DNA from: an uncultured delta proteobacterium
GTDB lineage: Bacteria > Myxococcota_A > Polyangia > Polyangiales > Polyangiaceae
Assembly (NCBI GenBank): GCA_963850305.1
Contig: CAWKKR010000008.1
Span: forward strand, 192,001 to 256,000
Direction of reading: 5' to 3'
DNA: 64,000 nt
Shown: one piece after another, positions 8,410 to 18,090 of the stretch
How the letters are laid out: each line of letters opens with the position of its first letter
How positions within the stretch are numbered: position 1 is the first letter of the stretch
Position numbers and translations under genes: made by a program
The notes under the pieces: generated by a model
The model's database searches: none
Told to the model about the DNA's origin: nothing
What the model saw: the letters and a program-made list of their open reading frames with translations, nothing else

Positions 8410-11006
8410 CACGAACCTCCCAGGTTGATCGCGAGGTGGGCGAAGATGCCGAGCGGCGGACCCGCCGTGAAGGCGCGCTCGGGGACGAGCGTCGGTTGCG
8501 CCTGGCTGTGGAAGTCCGAGGCGTAGTTGTATTCGCCGAGCCGGTACTTGGCGTCGAAGAGGTTCGTCGCGGTGAGACCGATCTCGTAGTGCGACCATCT
8601 CAGGGTCGCCGATGCGTCGGTCGTGAAGATGGTGTCGCTGCGCTGGCCATAAGGGAGCGCGCGCGGCCCGACGTAGGTGATACCGGCGCTGACGGAGCCG
8701 CGCACGTCGGAGCCGCCGAGGGTGAACGGCAGCGCGCCGAAGTACGCGGTGTCCGAGCGGAACACCGCGTCCGGCACGTAAGCGACGAGCAGGTGCGTAT
8801 CATCGTACGTCGACTTCACGAGCGTCAGGTTCGCGGACTCGTCGAAGTGGGTTCCCGTGAGCCGCAGAGCGCCGACCCAGCCGTTCCGGGTCGTGCCCGT
8901 ACCGAGCACGTTCCGGCCCTCGGTTTCGCTGAAGATGAGGTCCTTGTCGACGTGGGTCTGGAAGAGGATCGAGCGGGCGACGACGGACATCACGTCGAAC
9001 TCGTGCGCGTAGGTCACGCCGCCCTCGTACGCGACCACGCTCGCGAACGGGGTCTTCACGTCCTGGGTGATGTAGCTCGGGTCGACGGAGCGGACGCCTT
9101 TGCCGTAGCTCGCGCTGAACGAGAAGTGCTCGTAAGGGCCGAGGATCACCGACGCTCGCGGCAGGAGCGCCGTGCTCGACGTGCTGATCTCCTGGTTCGG
9201 TTCCCGCGGACGGCCGAATTCTTCCTGCGTGAGGCAGCTCTGGTCGATGGGCGGGTTCGTCGGGGACGGATGCGCGACGGACTGGGCTGCGCAAAGATCG
9301 TTGACGTGATACGTGAGCACGTCCGCACGGAACCCGCCTCGAAGCGTCAGCCACCACGCCGGCTTCACGTTGCCGTCGGCATAGAGTCCGAGGTCGCCGA
9401 TCTGGGAATCCAGATCCGTGTCGGTCTTGTACGGATTTCCGGTCGCCGCTTCGAGCCGTTGCTCGAGCCCCGTCACCTGGTCCCCGCGGGCGAAGTACCC
9501 GAGCTCGAGCGACTGCTTCTGTCCGAAAGCTTTGGCCGTGTACGTGGACGCGCCGCGGGCGCCGAACGTCAACTCGGTGACGTTCATGTCGATCATGTCG
9601 CCACGCTGCTCGTGCAAGCTCTGGAGAGGTTCCTGGACGTCGAGGAGAAATCCGGTGAAGTCCTCGAGCAGGCGCATGTCGCGTTGGATGAGGAAGAACT
9701 GCTGCGCGAACGTCGTGTCGCCGTCCTTCAACGTGAGATCCCCGGCGACGGAGTAACGGGATGAGTCCCCTCCCGGAAGCACCGCCTGTCGCGCAAAAGA
9801 GGAGAGCGCGTAGCTGTCGTAAAAACCGATGCGGCCAGCCTTGTAGTCGTCTTCTCGGATGACGCCCGCGGAGTGGTAGTGCGTGCTGTAGGCCTGCGCG
9901 GTGATGCGATACGAGCCGTTGTTGCCGAGACGGCCCTCGTACTGACCCATCGCGGTGCCGTGCTGCGCGTCCCGGTTCTGTCCGAACCCGTTCGTCGTGT
10001 AGATGTCGGCCCCGGCGAACGTCCGCGTGCTCTCACCCTTCGGGCCCCACGTCAGGAGCAAGCGCTCGGTGCCCCAGCTCCCTGCGGTATACTTCGCGGT
10101 GAGGCCGCGCCGATCGAGGCCGAGTTCGTAGTCTGCGCTGCCCGCGACCGCGTAGTTGCCTTGCCGCGGATCGAATGGTCCTTCTACGACGCGTAACCCG
10201 TTCACGAGCTCGGGGATGATGAAGTGGGTGTCCGCGTAGCCGTTACCGTGGAGGTTGCCGCTCTCGTTGATGGGCACGCCGTCCACCGTGAATTCGATGT
10301 CCTGCCCTTCGCGCGCATCGAAGCCGCGCATGAACACCTGCTCGGCGTGGCCTTCGCCGCTCTCGTTCGTGAGAAGGATCCCCGGGGCGAGCTTCAAGAA
10401 CCCCGTCGCGTTCTGTCGCGGCACCTGAGCGAGCGCGCCGATGTGCAGATTGAAATCCGAAGCGCCGCGGCTCGGAGGCGCTACACGCCCCGTCACGGTG
10501 ACGGCTTCGGGCGGTGCTTCCGGCGCGATCTCCGGCGCGGTCGGGCCCGGCGTGGTTGCCGGCGGGGGCGCGGCCGGCAACGGTTGCACGGCATTCCGCG
10601 ACGGGAGCTCGGGCTCCGGACCTTTCACCGGCTCCACCCACTCGGGCGGCGGCGCCGGCGGTGCGAAATGGAAGGGGACGCGGATGCGGCTCGCGACGGG
10701 CTTGTCGTTGCGCTGCGCGGGAACGAACGTCCACTGGCGCGCCGCGACGATGGCGGCTTCGTCGAGATCCGCGCCGCCCGAAGTGAGCACGTCCACCTTC
10801 GAGACGTGGCCATCGACGTCGACGGTGAGCGCGAGCACGACGTCCCCGTGTTTGCGCTCCTTCAGGGCCGCGGGCGGATAGACGGCGTCCACATGCGTGA
10901 GGACCGTTGGCGGCGTGACCGCGGCGGCTTGTGCCCGCGCCGCAGGGGTCAATCCGAGGATGAGACCGAACACCGCGCAGGCCGCAATTTCGTTGAGACG
11001 GGACAA
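8409..11006 (-). CDS. TonB-dependent receptor with an N-terminal TonB-C-terminal-like domain
   Basis: Signal peptide; YPPAAL...GDVVLALTVDVDGHV...LDEAAIVAARQWTFVPA (TonB_C); Pro-rich linker; plug motifs MRGFDA...DGVPIN...VEGPFD; beta-barrel; GGAGA RBS upstream of TTG. Confidence 0.9.
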   Translation of the reverse strand: MSRLNEIAACAVFGLILGLTPAARAQAAAVTPPTVLTHVDAVYPPAALKERKHGDVVLALTVDVDGHVSKVDVLTSGGADLDEAAIVAARQWTFVPAQRNDKPVASRIRVPFHFAPPAPPPEWVEPVKGPEPELPSRNAVQPLPAAPPPATTPGPTAPEIAPEAPPEAVTVTGRVAPPSRGASDFNLHIGALAQVPRQNATGFLKLAPGILLTNESGEGHAEQVFMRGFDAREGQDIEFTVDGVPINESGNLHGNGYADTHFIIPELVNGLRVVEGPFDPRQGNYAVAGSADYELGLDRRGLTAKYTAGSWGTERLLLTWGPKGESTRTFAGADIYTTNGFGQNRDAQHGTAMGQYEGRLGNNGSYRITAQAYSTHYHSAGVIREDDYKAGRIGFYDSYALSSFARQAVLPGGDSSRYSVAGDLTLKDGDTTFAQQFFLIQRDMRLLEDFTGFLLDVQEPLQSLHEQRGDMIDMNVTELTFGARGASTYTAKAFGQKQSLELGYFARGDQVTGLEQRLEAATGNPYKTDTDLDSQIGDLGLYADGNVKPAWWLTLRGGFRADVLTYHVNDLCAAQSVAHPSPTNPPIDQSCLTQEEFGRPREPNQEISTSSTALLPRASVILGPYEHFSFSASYGKGVRSVDPSYITQDVKTPFASVVAYEGGVTYAHEFDVMSVVARSILFQTHVDKDLIFSETEGRNVLGTGTTRNGWVGALRLTGTHFDESANLTLVKSTYDDTHLLVAYVPDAVFRSDTAYFGALPFTLGGSDVRGSVSAGITYVGPRALPYGQRSDTIFTTDASATLRWSHYEIGLTATNLFDAKYRLGEYNYASDFHSQAQPTLVPERAFTAGPPLGIFAHLAINLGGS

Positions 11007-11196
11007 GAGGATGAGTCTCCAGAACGTTGCAAGAATCGGGGCGCGACGGCGCCCGTCGGATGGACCCTCGATCGACCACGAAGGTGCGACAGTTTCGCGT
11101 TCGCGATCGAAATCGGCGGGTAACTACACGCATCGGTTGCGCGAGAAAGCGCTCAGGGGTAACCGCGCGCTCGTTCGCTCGGACGGGCGAATGCCG

Positions 11197-11607
11197 TCAG
11201 ACCGGCGGCGACGTCTTCGGCGCGTATGCGAGCGCGTCGGTCGGGACGACCACGATGAGCACGGGCGCTTCCGGCGCGATCGTCGCTCGGACCCGCACGA
11301 ACGCCAGCATTGCGTCGTGCGCGCGCGAGCTCGCTGGCCGGATCGGCACCGCGGCGAGCGAGCAGTGCTCGTGGTGCCGACCGGTCGTCGAGTTCCGGGA
11401 GACTTCCGGGCGTTTCCCTGGGTTCGAGCGCCGGTAATCGATCCTCGGCAGCTCCGCGACGTCCATGAGCTCGCCGTGCTCCGGACACACGACGTGGTGC
11501 ACGGTGGCCAGGTGCACATCGCGCCACAGATCGCCGAAAATGAACGTCGATATCCAGACGATCGCGACGAGGCGAAATGCAAGCCGGGCGGGCGAACCGA
11601 GAACCAT
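11197..11607 (-). CDS. Small exported His/Cys-rich protein with a Pro-rich C-terminus (DUF2946/CutF/CruR-like leader candidate)
   Basis: 136 aa: hydrophobic N-terminus, HLATVHHVVCPEHGEL, HHEHC, C-terminal LAYAPKTSPPV; 190 nt upstream of the receptor on the same strand. Confidence 0.65.
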   Translation of the reverse strand: MVLGSPARLAFRLVAIVWISTFIFGDLWRDVHLATVHHVVCPEHGELMDVAELPRIDYRRSNPGKRPEVSRNSTTGRHHEHCSLAAVPIRPASSRAHDAMLAFVRVRATIAPEAPVLIVVVPTDALAYAPKTSPPV

Positions 11608-11737
11608 ACGCGCGGACCGCGTTTTCGCACCGGTCGCGCGCGCCGTCAACTCGTGACGGCTCGTCCACGCGGTTGGTCGCGCCGAGTTCACCTCGGAGCG
11701 TTCGGGGGTATCGTCTTCGCTCCGAAGGAGAACCCCC

Positions 11738-12193
11738 ATGCCCAAAGCCATTCCCGACGGATACGCCACGCTCACGCCGTACCTCGCTTGCTCGGACGCA
11801 TCGAAGGCCATCGCCTTCTATGAGGAAGCGCTGGGCGCGAAAGAGCTCTACCGGCTACCCATGCCGAACGGAAAGATCGGTCACGCGGAGCTGCAGATCG
11901 GCACTGCACGCCTGATGCTTTCGGACGAAGCGCCGGAGTGGGGCAACAAGAGCGCCAGGTCCTTCGGCGGCACGCCGGTTGGACTCGTCCTGTACACGGA
12001 AGACGTGGACGCGCTCGCGGCCCGCTTCGTCAAGGCTGGCGGCAAAGTCGTGATTCCGGTTCGCGACCAATTCTACGGCGACAAGTCGGGCCGCTTCGAG
12101 GACCCCGAGGGCTTCAAGTGGACTCTCTCGCAGCACGTCGAAGACGTGACGCCCCAAGAGATGGCCGCCCGCATGGAGAAGATGGGCAGCTAG
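11738..12193 (+). CDS. VOC/glyoxalase family protein (PhnB-like)
   Basis: TLTPYL...AIAFYEEALGA...HAEL...DQFYGDKSGRFEDPEG; AAGGAG RBS. Confidence 0.9.
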   Translation: MPKAIPDGYATLTPYLACSDASKAIAFYEEALGAKELYRLPMPNGKIGHAELQIGTARLMLSDEAPEWGNKSARSFGGTPVGLVLYTEDVDALAARFVKAGGKVVIPVRDQFYGDKSGRFEDPEGFKWTLSQHVEDVTPQEMAARMEKMGS

Positions 12194-12234
12194 CGTTCGA
12201 GCGCGAGCCCCTTCATTCCCGGAAAGAGAACGTC

Positions 12235-12350
12235 ATGGACGATGAGCGAAGGGCGGAACCGGACGACACGGCCGTGCGGGTCGCCTTGTGGCGGGCCCTC
12301 CACGTGGAAGTCGATCCACCGCCGCACGTGCTCGAGGACGAGAATCGGTG
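12235..12350 (+). pseudogene. N-terminal remnant of a class I SAM-dependent (LCM/TcmP-like) methyltransferase
   Basis: MDDERRAEPDDTAVRVALWRALHVEVDPPPHVLEDE matches this family's N-terminus; the frame shifts at DE-IG and similarity ends about 30 nt before the convergent gene. Confidence 0.6.
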
Positions 12351-12377
12351 TTGGTGGCGACCACGTAGTCGCGCGCT

Positions 12378-14063
12378 TCACGGCCGCGGCACGATCGGGA
12401 GGCGCTTGTTCGGCGTCGTCGGGCCGCGGAGCTCGACGTCTTCGAGGAGGAGCGAAGGGGCGACTATGGACGCGGGGATATCGAGGCCGCCGTCATTCTC
12501 GGTCACGAAGCTGTAGACCGCCGTGTCCCTGCCGAAGGCGAGGATGTCGCGGAGGTCGCGGACGGACATGGGCGCGAAGGTGGCTCCACGGATCGGTGTT
12601 TCCGTGCCGTCGAGCGCGACGCGATACGCGAGCTCGGGCGCGGGCATGAGCTCGCCGCTCGTCGCGCTGGTGCGGGTCTGGAGTTCCTCGACGACGAGAC
12701 CCGATTCGATGCCTTCGTCGCGGAGGGCCTGAACGAAGCGCGCGCGGAGGGCGGATGGACTCAAACCGTGCTTGCCGGTCATGATGAGGTTCGCGACGCG
12801 ACCGCGCGCCCATCCGACGAGGCCCGAGCGACCGTGGCCGTTCGAATGCGCGAAGCCGTCGCGCGGAGTCCGCGACATGAGGAAGTTCCGCAGACGGCCG
12901 TCGTCGATCAGGAGCACGCGCTCGCCGAAGATGCCCTCGTCGTCCACGACGTAGTGGCCGAGCAGCGGCGTTCCTTCCCAGCTCGTGAGCGTCGGGTCGT
13001 CGAATACCGTCAGCCCGCGCGGCAGCACGCGCTTACCGACGCGGCGAGCGAGAGGGCTCTCCATGCCTTCGTTGAGTTCGGCCGGCGGCGTTCCCGAAAG
13101 GGACTCGCCGAGGAGCTCGTACACGAGCTGCGCCGCAGCGCGGCCTTCGAACAGAACGGGGCCGCTGTAGTCCTGGGCGCTTTGCGCGCGCTGTAGAGAG
13201 CCGAGTTCGGCGCCGATGCGACGGGCCTGCGAGAGGGCCGCGGCTTCGGGGAGCGGCCCGTTCTCCGGCGCGGCGAGGAACGCGCTGCGTTCGATGGCCA
13301 TTCCGTCGGTTGCCTGACCCGCGCAGGTGATTTCGATGCCCGCGAACCGCGAAGGTTCGATCGCGAGGCCGCCGTCGCTTGCGAGAAAGCGTCTCTTGTC
13401 GGACGCCTCGAGCACGTGAACGCTGCTCCTCTGCACGGCGGGGAACGATCCGAAGACCGCGGACACGTGGCGAGCGACTTCGAGCGGATCGCCGAGCACG
13501 CCGGGCGGAGGGTCTTTCACGATCGTGGCGGACGAGGTGTCCGTCGAGAAGCTCGGCACTTCGGCGCGAGTCGCGATCTCGGATTGCCGGGTGGCCTGCT
13601 TCTTTTCGAGCGCGGCGACGGCGTCCTTGTACGCGCCGTCGGTGGCGAGCCAGAGGTCGCGTCGGATCGCGTCGGCGTCGTCGTCCACGGTGACGGCCGT
13701 CGGGGCCGAGTCACTGACGGGATCGCCGTCCGTGCTCACCGCGAGGGCGAGGTTCGAGTTGTCGGATTCGCGCGTACCGACGCGGAGCTCGACCTTGATG
13801 AAACAATCGCGCGTGAGCTCGTCAGAGACGACGGCGCCGAGGGTCGCCTCGACGCTGCGCTCGTTCTCGTCGACGAGCCAGTATGCGACGTAATAAGGGG
13901 CAGGCGCGCTCGGCAGTTTGAGCTGCCGGGTCGCGCGCGTGAGCTCGGCCCGCATCGCGCCGAAGAGCACCGCGTCGGTCGGCGGAGGCTCCGCGGCGCC
14001 GAGCAACGGCAACGCGCACGCTGCGACGAACCAGAGCCGGCCGGGTGCCCTGCGGACCCTCAT
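12378..14063 (-). CDS. TldE/PmbA-like subunit with a signal peptide
   Basis: YSGPVLFEG, DDPT, DDEG, SNGHGR motifs; no HExxxH; N-terminal WFVAACALPLLGA; ATG overlaps the upstream stop. Confidence 0.8.
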   Translation of the reverse strand: MRVRRAPGRLWFVAACALPLLGAAEPPPTDAVLFGAMRAELTRATRQLKLPSAPAPYYVAYWLVDENERSVEATLGAVVSDELTRDCFIKVELRVGTRESDNSNLALAVSTDGDPVSDSAPTAVTVDDDADAIRRDLWLATDGAYKDAVAALEKKQATRQSEIATRAEVPSFSTDTSSATIVKDPPPGVLGDPLEVARHVSAVFGSFPAVQRSSVHVLEASDKRRFLASDGGLAIEPSRFAGIEITCAGQATDGMAIERSAFLAAPENGPLPEAAALSQARRIGAELGSLQRAQSAQDYSGPVLFEGRAAAQLVYELLGESLSGTPPAELNEGMESPLARRVGKRVLPRGLTVFDDPTLTSWEGTPLLGHYVVDDEGIFGERVLLIDDGRLRNFLMSRTPRDGFAHSNGHGRSGLVGWARGRVANLIMTGKHGLSPSALRARFVQALRDEGIESGLVVEELQTRTSATSGELMPAPELAYRVALDGTETPIRGATFAPMSVRDLRDILAFGRDTAVYSFVTENDGGLDIPASIVAPSLLLEDVELRGPTTPNKRLPIVPRP

Positions 14064-15850
14064 CTGGAAGCCGGACCTTCCCCGGCGAGCGAAGGCGCAG
14101 GGAGCAACGGGGGGCGATCGTCGCTCTTTTCCCGGCGAGTCACCTCGATGGACCCGAGCAGCAAGCTCGGACTCGACGCGGAGACGGGAACCCAGCCCGA
14201 CTCGGCGCCGCAAACGCCGTTGAAGACTTCGAAATCGTTACCGGCTGCCTCGACTCGCTCGAGTGACGCGAGCGGGGTCCCCTCGATGTCCACGCCGCGC
14301 ACGAGCTCTTCGCGTCCGTCCGGGTAAACGCGATAGACCATCACCGGCAGAACCTTGAAGGCCTGCGATGCGGCGCGCGTCGTGTTGGTGAAGCCGCCGC
14401 TGATCTCGTGGAAGCGAAGGCCGAACGGCTTGCCGTCCCTCTTGATGTCGTCGATGAGGCGCTGCTTGAGTGCGGCCGGAGAGGTCGTTCGCGTCGGATC
14501 GACGATGAGGTTCGCCTGCCGCGAGACGATACGATGGCCGTGCTCGCGCCGGCCGTGGCCATTCGACCCGCGGAAGCCGGCAATGGGCGAGCGCGAAAGG
14601 AGAAAGTCCCGGAGCACGCCGTCCGTGACGAGGTTCGCACGCGCCCCGCGCACGGCTTCGTCGTCGAAGGGGTAGTAGCCGTTGAGGGGGACGCCGTTGA
14701 GGGCCGAGACCGAGGGGTCGTCGTAGACGTCGAGAAACGACGGCATCACCAGCTGACCCACGCGATGCGAGAAGGTCTGGCCTTCTTCCTCGTCTTTCTG
14801 ACGATGCCCCTCCATCCGGTGTCCGAAGATCTCGTGAAAGAATACGCCAGCGGCGCGCCCGTCGAGGATTGCCGGGCCGCTATAGGGGTCGATGGGGGGA
14901 GCTTTCCTGAGCGCGAGCAGATCCTGGATGACGCGCGTCACGAGCCCTTCGACGGCCTCGTCGTTCGGCAACGCTTCGATGGACGGCGCGTCCACGGTCT
15001 CCGTCCGCTCGAGGCGCATGCCGTCGTCGGCCGTGGTGCTCGCCGTGACCTCGACGCGACCGTGCGTGCGCGCGACCTGCACGCTCGAACCTTCGGTGTC
15101 GATCACATAGCGCGTCTCGGCCGACGCCTGCAGCGTCACCGAAGACTCCAGGATCTCCGGATGCTCGGCGAATGCCGCCGAACACCGTCGCACACGCGCC
15201 TCCCACGACGGCACGTCGACGGTGATCGAGGCGGGCGCCTCATGGAACACGGCGACGGGCGCGCTCGGAAAATCATTCGACGCATCCTCTTCCGCCACGA
15301 GGACTTGCTGGTTCGCCTTCACCCGGACGAAGTCTTCGATCGCCCGCCGGTACTCCGTGTTCGTCGTGAGCCACGCGACGTTGCGGAGCGCGGGCGCGTC
15401 GTCGTCGAGGGGCAGCCATGCGGAGCGCGTGAACTCTCGCGACGCGTCATATTCGTCGCGGAGCCGGTGCGTGTTGTCGAGCTTCGGAGTCCCCACACGA
15501 ACATCGACGTCGAGGCTCCTCGAGCAATCGTCGGTCGAGCTCTCCAGCTTGCCGAACGACCCTTCGACCGTGACGCCATGCTCGTCGATGGCTTCGTATT
15601 CGATGAAGTAAGGCGGCAGCTCCGCGCGCGTGCCGAGTTCGTGGAAGTTCCGGGTAAGCTCGTCGCCGAGGATCTTCAGGACCGGCGCGGCTTCGGCGGT
15701 CCCGACCGCCGGCGGCTGCGTCAGTTCGAGCCGTTTCGGCGCGACCGGCAAGGGCGGTGGCAGAACGCCATGCGCCTCTCGCGGACCGCGCATCCCCGAG
15801 CACGAGAGCACCGCCAGAGCGAAGACGGCGGACCACCGCGCAGACGGCAT
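14060..15850 (-). CDS. TldD-like metalloprotease subunit, predicted lipoprotein
   Basis: FHEIFGHRMEG (HExxxH), DDE, SNGHGRR, C-terminal GVCGAESG; lipobox-like AVLSC-SG. Confidence 0.85.
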   Translation of the reverse strand: MPSARWSAVFALAVLSCSGMRGPREAHGVLPPPLPVAPKRLELTQPPAVGTAEAAPVLKILGDELTRNFHELGTRAELPPYFIEYEAIDEHGVTVEGSFGKLESSTDDCSRSLDVDVRVGTPKLDNTHRLRDEYDASREFTRSAWLPLDDDAPALRNVAWLTTNTEYRRAIEDFVRVKANQQVLVAEEDASNDFPSAPVAVFHEAPASITVDVPSWEARVRRCSAAFAEHPEILESSVTLQASAETRYVIDTEGSSVQVARTHGRVEVTASTTADDGMRLERTETVDAPSIEALPNDEAVEGLVTRVIQDLLALRKAPPIDPYSGPAILDGRAAGVFFHEIFGHRMEGHRQKDEEEGQTFSHRVGQLVMPSFLDVYDDPSVSALNGVPLNGYYPFDDEAVRGARANLVTDGVLRDFLLSRSPIAGFRGSNGHGRREHGHRIVSRQANLIVDPTRTTSPAALKQRLIDDIKRDGKPFGLRFHEISGGFTNTTRAASQAFKVLPVMVYRVYPDGREELVRGVDIEGTPLASLERVEAAGNDFEVFNGVCGAESGWVPVSASSPSLLLGSIEVTRREKSDDRPPLLPAPSLAGEGPASR

Positions 15851-15921
15851 GGCTCGCAACCTACTCCACGCTCGCGAAGCGAGGCGAACTCAGGTTCCCG
15901 GCAGACCGAGGCGCATGCCGC

Positions 15922-16932
15922 TCAATGGCAGCGGTAGGCTTGATCGGCGGGGAGCGACTTCGTGCTACCCGAGCAGACCAGCGTGCCGGAGCAGGTCACG
16001 TAGGCGGCACTCCCGCAATAGGCATCACCGGTCGTTCGCGTCGTCTTCGAATAGCCGCTCCCCTGGCAAGGGCCCAGGGACAACGCGGTGCAGCTCGAAT
16101 AAGCGGCTTGCGAGGGATCGCCCGTCTCGGTGCCGGAACAGTCGTAGTCGTAAGATTCACCGCCGCCGGGCACGGAGTACGGTGTGTAGTAATAGACTGT
16201 ATTGGCGCTATCCTGCGGGTGTACGAGCGGATTGTCGTCCAGGCAGTCACCGCCGATCGTGACCCACGTTCCGGTCGTCGGCGCCTCGCAAGCCTCGACG
16301 GCCGCAGCGGTGACACCGTACCCGTCATGGTCGTTGTCCGGGTACCAGGTCGTCGGGGTCGTGCAGGCGCCGCCCGAGCCGGCACCGCCCGAGCCGGCAC
16401 CGCCCGAGCCGGATACCCCGCCGGAGCTCGAACTGCCGCCCGATGCGGCACCGCCAGAACCGGACGCGCCACCCGACCCATGCGCGCCGCCGGAGCCCGG
16501 TGTCCCGCCAGAGCTCGAACCGCCGCCGCTCCCCGGCGTCCCGCCGGACGCGCCGCTGCCGCCAGAATCCGTGCCCGAATCGGAACCACCGACGCCGCTG
16601 GCATCCGCATCGGACGAGCCAGCGTCTTCATCGTGGCCGACGGTGCTGCCGTCCGAGCCGTCGAGGTCGCCGCCGCCGTTGCTTCCCCCGGCGCCCGTCA
16701 CGCCGCCGGCGTTCGCGCCTCCGCCGCCGTTTCCGTTCGCGCCGGCAGACCCGGATCCGCCGTTTCCGTTGGACGTCACGCCGCCTGCGTCGGCTCCGCC
16801 GCTTCCCGACCCGCCGCTCGTGAATTCGGACCCGCCGCAGGCGATGGCGAACAGGGCGAGAAGTGCGCTCAGCCTCGCTCCCGTCGGGCCGCGACGGCTC
16901 CATTGGAAGAAAGCTCCGTTGTCGAAGATCAC
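15922..16932 (-). CDS. Gly/Ser-rich lipoprotein with a C-terminal Cys-rich putative metal-binding motif
   Basis: Lipobox FAIAC-GG, long GSGG linker, WYPDNDHDGYG...GDCLD...DYDCSG; GGAG before GTG 16932 (start uncertain). Confidence 0.75.
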   Translation of the reverse strand: MIFDNGAFFQWSRRGPTGARLSALLALFAIACGGSEFTSGGSGSGGADAGGVTSNGNGGSGSAGANGNGGGGANAGGVTGAGGSNGGGDLDGSDGSTVGHDEDAGSSDADASGVGGSDSGTDSGGSGASGGTPGSGGGSSSGGTPGSGGAHGSGGASGSGGAASGGSSSSGGVSGSGGAGSGGAGSGGACTTPTTWYPDNDHDGYGVTAAAVEACEAPTTGTWVTIGGDCLDDNPLVHPQDSANTVYYYTPYSVPGGGESYDYDCSGTETGDPSQAAYSSCTALSLGPCQGSGYSKTTRTTGDAYCGSAAYVTCSGTLVCSGSTKSLPADQAYRCH

Positions 16933-17066
16933 GTCACTCCTGGATCCCGCGCCGCGAGTGTTGACCCCCAATCATCCCACGAGACGGCCGGTGCCGCACG
17001 TTCTTCACGTCGACCAGCCGGCGGGCGTCGCCCCAGCCCTCGCCTTTCTCGCAACAACGCTAGGCG

Positions 17067-17846
17067 TCAAGCATTTCCACCCTGGGCCAGCAACGCCTTC
17101 AAGCGGTCGATCGCTCGGCGCAATTCTCCTTCGGTGGCGTGCTCTCCAGGTTCCGTGGGGCCCCATCTCGACCAGCACGCGGCGAGGACACGCTCGTCCT
17201 CCGACTCCTGTGACGGCAAGGTGCGAAGCACGAGGACCGAGTCGTTCCGTTCGCGCCACGAAAGCGCAACGTCGCGACCGCCGTCACGGACGAGCACACG
17301 CCCGGACATGCGCTCCCCCGTCCCGAGCGTGATGCAATACGCTTCCCCTTCTCCGCCCATCCTTGCCTCACGCCCGAGCCAGGTCGCGAGCGCTTCCGAT
17401 TCCGTGAAGCAGACATGAGCCAGCGCGGTACTCGTCTTCGCCCGTCGAACGGCCCACCGGGTCCGGCGCGGGCCATTCAGGCGCGATCCCTTCGCGTGCG
17501 CGAGGAGCGAGAGCCCGACGCGCCAGGAGGATCGAAACCCGTCGATGTCGTCGTCTTCGGTCAGCCCCTCGTGCAAGAGGGTGAGCCGGCCGTCCGAGAC
17601 TTCCAGCGAGACATCGGTATCGCCATTTCGGAACGTGATGCGCTCCATGGGCACCACGTCGGTGACCCGCAGCTCGACGGCGACGCCGAGATCGGGCCAC
17701 GCGAGTTCCACGGTGCCTCCTCGCACGAAGGATCCGGAGACTTTGTCCGCGTACCAGCCTTCGAGCCCCCCAGGAGTGCTGCACGCTTCCCAGAGCTCCG
17801 AGCGAAGCGCCCGCGCGGTCTGAACGAGTCGAACTTCGGCGGCCAA
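17067..17846 (-). CDS. Tandem SRPBCC/AHSA1-like domain protein
   Basis: [15 protein letters not shown]...ERITF...LTLLHEG...SSW, then a second similar unit ([12 protein letters not shown]); start trimmed to TTG 17846 to avoid the tRNA. Confidence 0.7.
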   Translation of the reverse strand: MAAEVRLVQTARALRSELWEACSTPGGLEGWYADKVSGSFVRGGTVELAWPDLGVAVELRVTDVVPMERITFRNGDTDVSLEVSDGRLTLLHEGLTEDDDIDGFRSSWRVGLSLLAHAKGSRLNGPRRTRWAVRRAKTSTALAHVCFTESEALATWLGREARMGGEGEAYCITLGTGERMSGRVLVRDGGRDVALSWRERNDSVLVLRTLPSQESEDERVLAACWSRWGPTEPGEHATEGELRRAIDRLKALLAQGGNA

Positions 17847-17852
17847 GGTCGG

Positions 17853-17925
<73 letters not shown>

Positions 17926-18090
17926 GAGGGCCGGGGGACCTTGTACCGGGACGGTCGGACCTGTCAACACGGTTTCGGCAACGATCGGCCACGAAAAGCC
18001 GAGCGCTGGATATCCGAGGTAGCGGTTGACCGGTAAGGGTGGGTGGTTAAGTTGCCGGCAAATTCGGCGAAAGGGAACCGGAGAAGACAC

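Noticed and set aside
11007..11196. Cobalamin or other known riboswitch ahead of the TonB receptor
   Set aside because: No B12-box or other recognisable aptamer consensus by eye; an Rfam scan would be needed to exclude it fully.
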